Assembly: GCA_052327205.1 (NCBI GenBank)
Contig: CM126218.1
Location: 27,094,001-27,158,000 of the forward strand
DNA from: Somniosus microcephalus
Lineage: Eukaryota
Length of the DNA stretch: 64,000 nt
Direction of reading: 5' to 3'
Each line of letters opens with the position of its first letter. The first letter of the stretch is position 1. This document shows, piece by piece, positions 1-12,270 of the stretch. Position numbers and translations under genes: made by a program. The notes below the pieces were generated by a model, which made no database searches, was not told the origin of the DNA, and saw nothing but the letters and a program-made list of their open reading frames with translations.

Positions 1-1
1 G

Positions 2-67
2 TTGTTCACCGTGTACATAAATGATACGGACTCAGAAATTGGGGACATGCTGTCGAAATTTGCAGAC
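2..67 (+). mobile_element. Degenerate CR1-type LINE reverse-transcriptase fragment
   Basis: Translates LFTVYINDTDSEIGDMLSKFAD, matching the LFxxYINDL..ISKFADD motif of the CR1 ORF2 copies elsewhere in this window. Confidence 0.7.
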
Positions 68-1779
68 CTTGGCCTTCAGCAAGTATGTGCTGGGGGCTGA
101 AATGGAGGGAGATCGGGACATTACAAGAACTTCTCTCTCCATCAGTGGATTTTGAGGTAGTCATACATCTACCGCAAGTCAACCACCAGACTTCATCTGG
201 CAGTCTGGGGGAGTGGTGGGAAGAGGGGCAAGTGGGAAGGAAATGACAGAGTAACCCAGGCCCCATATCCCTACCCCTTGTTATATGCATGCAGCGATGA
301 GGGAGAAGTGGCTAATGGTGGGCCCAGCAGAGCGGGAGAAGGGAACTTGAGGTCAGGTCAGTGAGGCGGTGATGGGCCTGGCTGCCCATTTTTTCCCCTT
401 TCTACTGCTATCCCACCTAATTTTGGGCAGGATAGTGGAGGAAAAGTCTCTAAATTATTCCCTACTTGAGGGACAAACTCATAATTGAATATTTGATGAG
501 GACAGGATGAAAACAGGTTGAGTTTCTCATTGGCAATATGTTTCACAGTTACCAGTGAAACTGTTCTTATGAAGAGTAATTGACCATTATGGATTTTCTC
601 ATTGTATGCATGTTTATTTTATATATATATAGTATTTTTAATACTTTCAGATTTTTAATCTTATTTAATTGTAAATAAAGATATAAGTTGCTCTGGTCTG
701 TATGATAATATCTTCCATTTTGAAGAGTATTTAATAGCATAATGGGAATACATTCAATCCAGAAAACAAAATACTGTACGCTTGACTCTGCCCTCTCAGC
801 TCCCAGTTGGAATGGCACTCACGGGGAGTACATCATGGGAAATTGTAGCAATAGGACCCATGAATTTCCACCCATTGAAACTGATGGCTTTGCATCCTCA
901 ATTTCATGTGATGAGCTCATGAGCTCCCTATGCGCATCGCTTCTCACTGGGAGTGTGGAATGAGCCCTAGTAAGTGGGATGATTCTTAACCTCTCAGGCA
1001 CACACCTCAGCTTCTGGATTATGGAGGACAAGGTCCATTTATGGGAGCCACTGTTAGACAATTGAAAGAGAATTTGGTTATCTAACACTCTGATAATTTT
1101 AACAAAGGAGGACATCTCAGCATTGATGGACCAAATGAAGAGGACCTCCAGGGTCACAGAGCAGGTGGCAGGGAGATCAGAAAATAGACTAGACGGGAAG
1201 AGTCAGTCTCAACGAATGGACAGGAGAGGGCTAATCAGTTACATGGAATGGGTGGAAGAGGTGAAGGGAGCTCCAGAGATAATGGAGCTGCAGAGAAAGA
1301 GATCTCAAAGGTATGGAAAGGATGAAAAGTGGTGGCAGGGGGCTGGGGGGGGGGTGGTGGGGAAATTGGTTTAAAAAGACACAAGAACCTGCTGCCAAAC
1401 TCTACCTGGACTTAAAGCTCAGCATTTGCTAAGTTTCATGCAAATACCTGTCATTGAGATTGACTCAACATCAATGTTTATTATTTTGCATTTTCCCCAA
1501 AGAATTAAGTGCGTTCAGCCTCATTTTTCAATGCAAGATAAGAGTAGATGGATTGGAAAATAAGGCTGTTTGGGTTTGAATCTTTCACCTGCAATTATTA
1601 TAACTGAGAAAGAAAATAATTACAAAACTGTAGTTAAAAAAAAAAACTGATCCACAGGAAAGGAAAACACCTTTACCTGCCCAGAAAATAATTGTGTGTA
1701 TGTGTGTCTGTGTGTATGTGCAGACACCCGCACCAATGCGTGTCTTTGTTTGTGTCTGTGCGTGTTTATCTGTATATAT

Positions 1780-3562
1780 GGCCGTGATTTTGCCGGCGCT
1801 CAGAGTGCAGGTTTAGAGGCGGGCCCGCTGTCAAAATCGAAATGATTGACAGCGGGTTGGGAACCCGCTCCGAATCCGCCTCCATGTAAGTTTCCAAAGT
1901 GTTGGATCTGCGGTTTCAGAACAGACCCGGCACCAAAAGGCATTTAAGATAGTTAACTGCTTGTTAAACACTTGTTAACTATTATTTTGCCAGCCTATTT
2001 CTATTTTCCCACTTTTTTAATGGGCTTCACGTCGTTCAGAGATCGCGTAAGTAGAGGTTCTCTATCTCTCCCCATTGCTGTGAATAGGTGACAACAGCAA
2101 AAATGGTATGAAAGCTACCATTTCACAGCTGTTCACTTTCCAATGTCAGAAGCTTGAGCCTTCAGGATTTGGAAGATACTTTTGAGCTTTATGCAGTTTG
2201 GAAGTGTTTGGAGTAAGCGCTCTCACTATTGACAGATTGCTTCTGTCATCTCAACTTCAGCTGCCATCTATTCCAGCAACATCGCTGCCCTTGAAAATAA
2301 TCACACCTTGGTCCTCTGAATCCCTCCACGATCAGCCCCAACACCAACATCACCAGGCACACCAACATCACCAACAACATTACCAACCTTCTCCGTATTC
2401 ACCTGCTGCTGCACAGGACACCGGGCATCAGCACCCGACAATATTGCTGCCCAGGAGGCCAGCGATGGCATCACCATAGCCAGATTTACTTCACTTGACG
2501 CTATACACCCTGGCTGCCACACAACGCGCCAGGTTGACACCACCCCACACCAGCACCATAAAGCATCGCTACAATGTCCAAGCCATTCCTTTCACACTCA
2601 TTACAATTGGGGGTGGGGTGGGGTGGGGGGCGGGGGTGTGGGCGGTGGGGTAGTTATGTCTAAACATTCACTGGAACTCACTAAGACACTTCCAAAGGTG
2701 AGCACAGATCTGTCCAATAAGGTAAAATCTTGAAAATAAAGATTTCAATGTTTGACAGCACATTAACAGAAACTTCACATGAACATTGACTAAACCACCC
2801 AGGTGCCTACCCTTGTGTGTTGTTAGTTCATAAGCTTGTAGTAGGTTGAGGGTGAGTGTGAGGGGTGGCTAGTGAGATGGAGATGTGATAATGTAGATGC
2901 AGAGGGGTGGGTGGAGGTGCAAGGTAAGTTGGTGTGAGTAAGGATGTGTAGGAGTAGGGTAGAGAAGGCAGAGTGATGGGGATGTGATGAGTGGCACAGC
3001 AGGATGAGGTTGAGTGTGGCTTTGCAGTAACGTTTCATGATCTGCTCAGATCATTGAAACGTTTGCGCCACTGCAGCCTGGTCCTCCTGATGACATCCCT
3101 GCTTGTGCCCTCCTGTCAATGTGCAACTAGGCTGTGTTAATCTCCTGGGGAGGTCTCTTCTGCTCATGGGAAGGGAAGAGAACCTCTCTGCCTGCTGTGA
3201 CTCCCTCCATAAGCATATGGAGGGAGTAATGGGCGAGTCTGGGTGCAGCTGTGCACCTCTGTGCAGTGATTGTCAGTGTTTGCCACACCTCAATGCTGCA
3301 GAACACTGACAGCACAACTGTCAAAGTAAATTTGGATATGGCCCCTTTAAGGAAACCGGGTGATGACGCGTCATCAAATGACATCATCAGATCCCCTCCC
3401 TATTAATTGGCCGGGAACCTCGCAAGGTGAGCTTAACAAGCCCAATCAACGAAAAATTACTTGGAGAGTGCGGGCTGGAGCAGGCAGCGGGCTGGGACCG
3501 CGACACCGACCCCGGCCACCCCAGCCACCCCGGACCCACCTCGGTCGGCGAAATCACGGCCC
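1780..3562. mobile_element. Internally deleted, degenerate PIF/Harbinger DNA transposon
   Basis: Imperfect TIRs GGCCGTGATTTTGCCG (1780) and CGGCGAAATCACGGCC (~3546-3561). Minus-strand Myb/SANT remnant at ~3035-3250 (PRLAHYSLHMLMEGV..REVLFP / SRDVIRRTRLQWRKRFNDLSR) is homologous to 21383-21628. The His/Gln-rich plus-strand segment 2325-2490 recurs at 63699-63858. Confidence 0.8.
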
Positions 3563-4674
3563 TTGTGTTTGTCTGTTTGTATATGAATCTATTTTTCATG
3601 AATACATTTGAAACAGATAGAGAAGAGAAAAGAAGGGAGTGGCAGAAATGGAAAGAAATCATAATGGGAGGGAGGGAGGGAGAGAGAGAGAGAGTGCTGT
3701 GAGAGAGCAGTCTCAGAGGAAACTATAATCTGGACTGAGCAGTCAGCCATCTTTTTTCTGGTTTCCTTAGTAGTAGAAGCTTATCATCTCCCAGTGCTAA
3801 AGTTTTATTTCTGGGGGTAATTTCACAAGTCCATCCTGCGCGCAGGGAGAAGCATCCTCCAGCAGCACTAATAGGAAATCTGGCCTCACACCACCTAGGA
3901 TTTCCTTCAAATTCATAAGATTAGCCTTGCACCCCTATAACTGACATACTCTAACCGTGTAGCCCCCATCCACCCAATGCGTTGGATCCAATGGATCAAA
4001 TGATTATTCTAGGTTTTAGAAAAATTAGAATGCATAATTAGAATCTTCTGGAATAGTCATCAAAACATATGCTCGTAAAACATTCATATTTAGCCAGGAA
4101 TTCCCTGCCCAGAAATTACATGTTGCTGTGTAAATTTGCCTGTGTAAATTCTGTACCAGTTCCATTGAAGCTTGGTAAATTGCAATGTGGATATTTCTCC
4201 TGCCAAATGAATGCCATTAATATGAAAATCAAAGGAAGCAGAAAAGTATAACACTGCCAGCACTGCGAAATGTTTTAATTGGATTTACATTATCAATCAG
4301 TTATTCCGGCTGTCTTTCCATGCAGATGATTTTTGAATTGTGTAGCAGTGGCACATATGCTAAGGAAAAAGCAATATATACAATAATAGGCTTATGATGA
4401 CTTACTTAAGTATTAATGCTGGTCATTAGTCATATTTTAATTAGAAATAGTATATGAGATCAAATTAATAGCAAGGCTAGAGGCAATCAAGGGTTGGAGA
4501 ATCAGTTCCAAATCTCATCTCTGCTGCAATGATAATGGCTTCTTGGCGGGATGAGATTTTGGCCCCCTTCCCCTCCCCCTCCCCCTCCCGGTTATTTGCA
4601 TCCTGATCCCCAGCCTGCTTTCCAGGGCTGGCTCAGGTGGTGGGTGGAGAATCACTGTAGCCCCTTACTGCAGT

Positions 4675-5120
4675 GGGGTATGGTAGCACAGTGGTTATGT
4701 CACTGGATTAGTAATCCAGTGACCTGGACTAGTAATCCAAAAGTTCAAATACCTGCCACAGCAGCTGGGGGGGGAATTTAAAATCAGTTAATTAAATACA
4801 TTTAGAATTAAAAAGCTAGTATCAGTAATGGTAACCAATGGTTATCAGGAAAAACCCAATGGCTTCACTAATGTCCTTTAGGGAAGGAAATCTGCTGTCT
4901 TTACCCAGTCTAGCCTATATGTGACTCCAGACCCACAGCAATGTGGTTGACTCTTAACTTGGTTGACCAAACTGCTACAACAAAGTCAGCACTGTGGGAG
5001 TACCTTCACCACACGGACTGCAGCGGTTCAAGAAGGCAGCTCACCACCACCTTCTCAAGGGCAATAAATGCTGTCCTTGCCAGCGATGCCCACATCCTGT
5101 GAACGAATAAATAAAGAAAA
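4675..5120 (+). mobile_element. tRNA-derived bipartite SINE (5' head and 3' tail of the Zenon/CR1-like LINE at 7402-8687)
   Basis: A-box-like TAGCACAGTGG and B-box-like AGTTCAAATAC. 4675-4960 aligns with 7402-7680 and 4990-5110 aligns with the LINE tail at 8528-8665. A-rich end. Confidence 0.85.
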
Positions 5121-5337
5121 ACTGTAGCCCTTAGCATAAGAGGGCTGGCTGTACCAGCCAGAGTTTTTTTTAAATATTTTTTAAATTTGGAAGTTTCCCT
5201 ACTACAATTGATCAAAACTAACCATTTCAAATAAAAATAAGCCCTGCGGACTCTTAGCAATGCTGAATACTAGGGCTGCACAGCCATCCCTTCTGCCCAG
5301 TGTTGCTAGGATGCAAATGATGAGGAAATTAGTTGTA

Positions 5338-5706
5338 AAAGAAAGGCTTGCATTTATATAGCGCCTATTCATGACCACCAGACCTCCTAAAGCGCTTTAC
5401 AGCCAATGAAGTACAGTCACTGTTGTAATGTGGGAAACACAGCAGCCAATTTGTGCACAACAAGCTCCCACAAACAACAATGTGATAATGACCAAATAAT
5501 CTTTTTTTGTGATATTGATTGAGGGCTAAATATTGGCCAGGACACCTGAGAGAGCAGACAGGGACTCTCTGATAGTGCAGCACTCCCTCAGTATTGCACG
5601 AGGAGTGTTAGCCTAGCTTTGTGTGCTCAAGTCTCTGGAGTGGGACTTGAACCCACAATCCTTCTGACTCAGAATCAAGAGTGCTACCAAATGAGCCACT
5701 GACTGA
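5338..5706 (-). mobile_element. tRNA-derived DeuSINE (SacSINE1-like) with L2-type tail
   Basis: Minus strand reads TGGCTCATTTGG (A box) and GGTTCAAGTCC (B box), a central GCTGTTTGTGGGAGCTTG-type block shared with four other copies here, and a tail ending GGCGCTATATAAATGCAAG like the L2 tail at ~16720. Family name from recall. Confidence 0.8.
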
Positions 5707-7827
5707 CAATGTATGACATGGGTGTATCATGCACCGGCCCCCAAATCCAATGGATATTTTGATGGGTGAAAAAAAAGGTGGGTTGTGGTGTAACTGGATT
5801 GCCCCCAATATTTCCCCAGCCAGCCCACATTCCTATGTTGATTTCTGTAAGGAAGTTCAGGGCAAGGGCTAAAACATTACAGCCCTGAATCTGTGACCTG
5901 TGCTTCTGTCTAGGGTGGCTCTGTGCTGCCAGCAGAGTCTCTCAGCCTCTGCCCCATACCTCATTGCAGGCTGACAGCTATGCTCAGGTGTCCTCACAAT
6001 GATGATTCATCTAAGCAAACTTTTGCAAGCATCTTCTTTTCCCCAGAACAATCGGCCCTAGTAACCGTGAACATTCGTCCTTCAAGAAAGTCATTTGTCT
6101 TGTATATTATTATAATAAATTTCAGCCTCAGTCAGCTGGTGTCTGAAGCCCAGGGCTTCAGCACCTTAACAGTGCGGATTCTACCTGGTAGAGTCCAGTC
6201 TGCAACACTTTTTATTACCACATTGTGACAAGCTCTTAACCTGGTGTGGATTTGGCATCTGTTCCGCTGTGATAAGCTTGGATTGTTTTATTGTAATTAC
6301 ACCAGGGTTCTTAAAGAGGCACTGTCTTCATGGAAATATGTTTTAACAAATCTTTATTTTTTATCTTTTGTTCACCTAATATAATGATGGAGGCCACCTG
6401 AAAATGCATCATTGTGTCACTTCATCACAACTAACATGACATATGACAGTGTCTTTTCCTTTACTTGCTGCTTCTCGTGAATGAGTATGAGCATATGTGG
6501 TGGTCCTTGCTTTATATTTGCATCTAATTTTCACTAAAATTAGCAAATGGAGGAAAATATAGCTGATACTGCTGTTCTCCCTCTCTAAATAAAAGAGATT
6601 TCCAAACTGTTTCAGGAATGTGGGGTCTGTAGCTTCTTCATTAGTCTAGATAATGATTCCTGACATTGTTCTTTAAACTCCACAAAACTCTGCTTGCAAA
6701 TGATCAGTGTTTATTCATGTTGCTTGTAATGGTTGAATCACAAGGGTAAGGCTCAGCAGGGAACCGCACTTGAAGGGAGCACAGTTCAGAGATGGGGTTG
6801 CCAACACCGATTCTCTGACCCACATACCCTTCACACCCGGTTCCCTGTTACGGGCACGGGTTGGGTGATTTTACCTGATCCTGTTCATATTATAATTCGC
6901 GATTGTAGATCCTCTTGTGATATTTCCAGTTACAGGAGAAAAAACCTGTCCCATCCATTGGCAATTGGCATTTTTATAGCTACCAGTCATATTGAACTCC
7001 AGGCTGTCATGCTACCAGATGAGCCTTTGCTCAAGGACACAATAGTGACACTGGCTCCGCAACTATCACTGCCATTGTGGCGATAACGCAGCTCCTGAGG
7101 AAAGGTGCAGTCAGACAATGTGGAGGTTCATAAAGAATACAATCATTGGACTATTGTCTGGAAGCATGTGATAGACTTAAAATTGACTTCTATGTGAGAA
7201 TGTTTGTGCCTGAGGAGCCATGTTATGATTTTTGTGTTGCTGGCGGGAGTCCTGCCCACGATCAGCGCAGAGAGAAGATTCGCCCATCTGCCACCCGCGA
7301 TAGCCTGACCATTAATTGAGGATGCATTTCCAGCTGTGCTAACAGTGGACGAGCATCACCAGCGGCAGCACCAAGTCGGAAAAAGACCTGCATAGTGCCA
7401 AGGGGAGGCGGTGGCGTAGTGGTTATGTCACTAGACTCGTAAGCCAGAGGCTTAGTCATAATGCTTTGAGGATATGGGTTCAAATCCCACCACGGCAGCT
7501 GGTGGAATTTTAATTCAATTTAATTCTGGAATTAAATGTTATGCATGATACCATTGTCGATTGTTGCAAAAACCCATCTGGTTCACTAATGTCCTTTAGG
7601 GAAGGAAATCTGCCGTCCTTACCTGGTCTGGCCTACATGTGACTCCAGACCCACAGCAATGTGGTTGACTCTTAATGGCCTAGCAAGCCACTCAGTTGTA
7701 AACAACAGCTACGAAAAACAATAAGAATAAAACCGGACGGACCACTCGGCACCGGAAATGACAACGACAATGGCAAACCCAGCCCTGTCGACCCTGCAAA
7801 GTCCTCCTTACCAACAACTGGGGGCTT

Positions 7828-8267
7828 GTGCCAAAATTGGGAGAGCTGTCCGACAGACTAGTCAAGCAACAGCCTGACATAGTCATAATTACCAAATCAT
7901 ACCTTACAACCAATGTCCCAGACACCACCATCACCATCCCTGGGTATGTCCTGTCCCACCGGCAGGACAGACCCACCAGAGGTGGTGGCACTGTGATATA
8001 CAGTCGGGAGGGAGTAGCCCTGGGAGTCCTCAACATTGACTCAGGACCCCATGAGGTCTCATGGCATCAAGTCAAACATGGGCAAGGAAACCTCCTGCTA
8101 ATTACCACCTACCGCCCTCCCTCAGCTGATGAATCAGTACTCCTTCATGTTGTACACCAATTGGAAGAAGCACTGAGAGTAGCAAGGGCACAAAATGTCC
8201 TCTGGGTGGGGGACTTCAATGTCCATCACCAAGAGTGGCTCGGTAGCACCACAACTGACCGAGCTGG
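7828..8267 (+). pseudogene. APE-type endonuclease domain of LINE ORF2 (truncated)
   Basis: Endonuclease motifs as listed above; homology ends where the Penelope fragment begins at 8268. Confidence 0.85.
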
Positions 8268-8388
8268 TGACGAAGGAGCAGCGCTCCGAAAGCTTGTGAT
8301 TTCAAATAAAGCTGTTGGACTATAACCTGGTGTTAGTGTGACTTCTTACATTTGTCCACCCCAGTCCAACTCCGGCATCTCCACACCA
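8268..8388 (+). mobile_element. Penelope-like terminal repeat fragment with truncated minimal hammerhead ribozyme core
   Basis: TGACGA-A-GGAGC-AGC-GCTCC-GAAA-GCTT matches (C)UGAnGA, stem II, GAAA. It is followed by AATAAA and the GTTGGACTATAACCTGGTGTT...CCAGTCCAAC repeat I recognise from shark Penelope pLTRs. Confidence 0.75.
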
Positions 8389-10424
8389 TAGAAGGACAAG
8401 GGCAGCAGACGCATGGGAACTTCACCACCTACAAGTTCCCCTCCAAGCCACACACCATCCTGACTTGGACCTGTATCGCCGTTCCTTCACTGTCGCTGGG
8501 CCAAAATCCTGGAACTCCCTTCCTAACAGCATTGTGGGTGTACCTACACCATATGGACTGCAGCGGTTCAAGAAGGCAGCTCACCACCATCTTCTCAAGG
8601 GCAATTAGGGATGGACACTAAATGCAGGCCTAGCCAGCGACGCCCACATCCCATCAATGAATAAAAGAAAATAAATAAATAAATAAACCCAAGTTCCGCT
8701 GAGAATTATTGTGTAGGAACTGCAAGAAGGAGTGTTACCAACCACTAAAATTAATAGACGGACATTCCCAAGCCGAATGTCCTGGATACTTCCCAAGATG
8801 TCCTCCCGGCGAGTGCTGCTCCCCACTGGAAGTGCTGAATCACTCCTAATGGGTGGCATAGAGTCCATGATTGGGCAGATTGTACATTGTCGCAGGAAGG
8901 AATGGGTGTGATTTAAAAAAAAATCTAAACTTTCTTATGTTCTTTAAGATGTGATTGCTCCCTGTTTTGGAATGAATGTTTGATCAGGCAAGGCTTAGAA
9001 ACTGCACAGTCTACAAGACACAATGAAAATGTTCTTTGAAGTTCAAGGTTATATTTATAATATAATACCTTTTACAGTCTTATTTTCCCTTTATAAATAT
9101 TTATAATGTTAAACCAATCTATCTTTTGTACATTGTTGCGTGCTAACATTTAATAACATAAATCTTGTGAATGCAATTATATCACTTCATTACTATGAAT
9201 TATCATTTTAGAAAAATGCACATGTGGAAATTTATGGGTATAACTAATAATATTTGTGAAATGATACAATCCAAACTGCTCACTACATTGGGCAAGACCC
9301 AAAGTAAACAGGGCCACCATGTGACCGATGATTTTGAAAGGTATGCTTTAGGCTACACTGTCATGTTTGCACTGATCTGTTTTACATGAATTTTAAAATA
9401 CAGCACTGTAACAGTGAAGAAAAGGCAAGACTGGACATGAAAGCAAGTGATGAAGAGAGCGCTCTTATTTCAAAGGATATTTTAAATCTTTATGGTATCA
9501 CAAAAAAGATCTGGGATCCAATTTTCCAGACCCATGTCATCCTGAGCAATGCCATTTCCCCAGCACAAAGGACATGAAAAAGGAATGGAATCCCGTTTTT
9601 TACGTTGCTCTGGGATTTCCAGCACTTCCCCAGGGAATCAGAGGTGCTGCTGGCCCATCATTGAGAGGCAACTGAGGTGGGATTGGGCATTCCCAGCTTG
9701 CTGCCTTATTTTCCTACTGCATTGCTCACTGACCACCACAATGCAGTACACTGCAGGATTACCAGGGAGTCCAGAGGGGAGGTTGAAGAGAGCTAAGCAA
9801 ATCTTTATGCTTCTTTTTAGGACCCCCTAGATTTTGCAAGCAAACAGAGCCTTCTGATCTCAGAAGGCCTAACCTTGGAGGCCCAACATGCAATCGTAGG
9901 CCTGAAAAGCCTGAAACTCTGTGCAAATTTCCTCCTGTTTAAAGAGAGTAGAATTTTCAGTATATAACTCCGTGCAGATCAATATTGTAAATATAGTCTC
10001 ATGAATTTAACAATAAAACCGGATAATATGCTGAAACAACAGTTTTTGTTATTTTTATTTATTAATAAAGTTAATTTTCTCAAAATAACTAGTTTTAATT
10101 TAAAGTCAATCAGATCAGTTCACACCAAAACATTTTGCTTTAGAATAAATTTAAATGCTGCAATCATATTTTTTCTTTAGAATGATACACACATTACCTT
10201 TATCACACACCTCTAGACCTGATTTTCAGTTGGGGCCTTTGTTTGGGCAATGTGTAATTAGTGCATACACTCAACAATTAGTACGCTAACCTCACCTCTA
10301 TTTCTGTTAAAGGCCTGCAGCAGTTTAAAGGGCTGTTGCTTCCTTTCAGTAGTATACAACTATCATTAGGCTATCCTAAAGTATAAGGGTGTCTGGGTCA
10401 CCTTGTGTTAAGAATGATTTAAAC

Positions 10425-12270
10425 AATTTTCTGATGGGCCTCTAGAAATCTGGTTAGAGTAAGTGCACAGGAAAGGGAGTCTCTTTTTCAATGTGATGGC
10501 CAATGGACCACAAGACAAGGTGGCAACAAATCTGACTGCCTGGTACACTATTCATCATATCTGCTGCAATGCCAGAAGAAATTTAATGACCTCACCAAGT
10601 CAAGCAAGGTAGGACATCCCACTGTAACCTTATATTAATGCTATTTATTGAGCATGCATGGCATGTAGAGTATCTTCTCTCTCACACTGCCTTGCAGTAC
10701 TTTGAAGGCTTACCATGAATGCCCATTATGCAGTGGGGTGCACTTTGTAGCAGCAACCTTCCACTCTTAAGTCCTCCTGCATTTGCATCCTTAAATATCT
10801 TTGCCCCAAAGGAATCCTTCCTTGTGTGCTATGTGCTGCATTGTGAAGCTGTGCTGACAAGTTGCAGGAGAAGACAGCACATATTGATGAGAAACTGGGA
10901 GGAGGGCTCCCCAACTCATTTGAGGAGGCAGCACTGTAAATATTAAGAAGAGACATCTTGGAGGAAGCAACGGATGGGGATGTAGAAGGTTTGGCTTGAG
11001 CTCAGCGTTAATACTAGCCTTTGCCCATTCTTTCCTATTCTATTCACTCACTCACTCAATGGGCCAAAGCATACACTGAACCCCAGTACCATGTCACTCA
11101 TCCTACTGAAAGCTATACCTGGGAGGTTTGCATAAGGACATGATTGTAACATATGTTTCTCTTTTCTGTCTCTTGGACGGCCAGAAGAAGAACCCGCAAG
11201 ACCCAATGATACTGAGCAGGGCAACATTTCACAACATACAACATCAGGCCCTCTAACCTTCCAAAGCAACAGTTCAGGTTCCTCCACCAAGAGGGACTTT
11301 GAGAATGAGATCGAGGAGGATGCAGTGGGTGAGACACAGAGCACAGGCAGGAGCTCAGGCAGGAGCACAGGCAGGAGCTCAGGCAGGCAGGAGCACAGGC
11401 AGGAGCACAGGTAGGAACACAGGCAGGCAGGAACACAGGTAAGAGCACAGGTAGAAGCACAGGCAGGAGCACAGGCAGGCAGGAGCTCAGGTAGGAGCTC
11501 AGGCGGGAGCACAGGCAGGAGCTCAGGCAGGAGCACAGGCAGGAGCTCAGGCAGGAGCTCAGGTAGGAGCACAGGTAGGAGCTCAGGCAGGAGCACAGGT
11601 AAGAGCACAGGCAGGAGCACAGGCAAGAGCACAGGTAGGAGCTCAGGTAGGAGCACAGGTAGGAGCTCAGGCGGGAGCACAGGCAGGAGCACAGGTAAGA
11701 GCACAGGCGGGAGCACAGGTAAGAGCACAGGCAGGAGCACAGGCAGGAGCACAGGTAAGAGCACAGGCAGGAGCACAGGCAGGAGCACAGGCGGGAGCAC
11801 AGGTAAGAGCACAGGCAGGAGCACAGGCGGGAGCACAGGCGGGAGCACAGGCAGGCAGGAGCACAGGTAGGCAGGAGAAGTGATGATGGGAGTGGAGGAA
11901 CAGGAAACTACTGTCTGGAGAGCTAGCTCAGCTGAAGAAGCCATTGATCCGAACTTCGGGGACCTGCTTGTAAAAGGATGATTTCGGAGCATCAAAGGTT
12001 GTTACAATTATTGGAGACTGTGCCAAGCTACTTTCAACAGATGACAGCTAGTGCGGAGGAGTACACTGCCAGCATCTGTGCTGTGTTGATGCATGGAATC
12101 GAAACAGTGTACACCATGGAGTATGTAGCAGTCCTAGGGATACCTACCATGGAGCACTCTGAGTTAGAGGTCCTAAGGCCAGTCATTGTATCGCATGAAT
12201 ACTCAGACTGCTGCCATAGAGTCTTTGTGCTCCAAAGTGCAAGAGGTTCTCTCCGCCATCTTGGATAGGC
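10425..12270 (+). pseudogene. Decayed Harbinger Myb/SANT-like gene (multi-exon remnant)
   Basis: FSDGPLEIWLE*..LQCQKKFNDLTKSSK|GTAGG (donor ~10609), then TTGCAG|EKTAHIDEKLGGG (~10867). Exon phases parallel the Myb gene at 19809-21628. Stops and frameshifts present. Confidence 0.65.
11339..11875. repeat. 12-bp minisatellite (consensus GGAGCACAGGCA with variants), about 40+ units
   Basis: Directly visible tandem array; it explains the PVLL and ACAP repeat ORFs on the minus strand. Confidence 0.95.

Larger units (their letters stand above)
7402..8687 (+). mobile_element. Zenon/CR1-group LINE derivative with tRNA-derived head, APE endonuclease and 3' tail; RT region deleted
   Basis: A box TGGCGTAGTGG (7412-7422) and B box GGTTCAAATCC (7477-7487). 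ORF 7828-8267 has APE motifs (PDIVIITKS, IPGY..RQDR..RGGG, YRPPS, GDFNVHH). The 3' part 8389-8687 matches the reverse complement of 60055-60320 and ends in (AAAT)n. Confidence 0.85.

Noticed and set aside
7402-7495. Genuine tRNA genes (also 14590-14660 and 5640-5706)
   Set aside because: A/B boxes are present but I see no convincing cloverleaf, and each continues into a repeat body, so they are SINE/LINE heads
11339-11875. CRISPR-like array (also considered for 21093-21240)
   Set aside because: Head-to-tail repeats with no unique spacers, no cas genes, and a vertebrate context
11048-11995. 315-aa Pro/Val/Leu-repeat ORF as a real protein
   Set aside because: It is open only because the 12-bp minisatellite lacks stops on that strand; the flanks look like the antisense of a Harbinger relic
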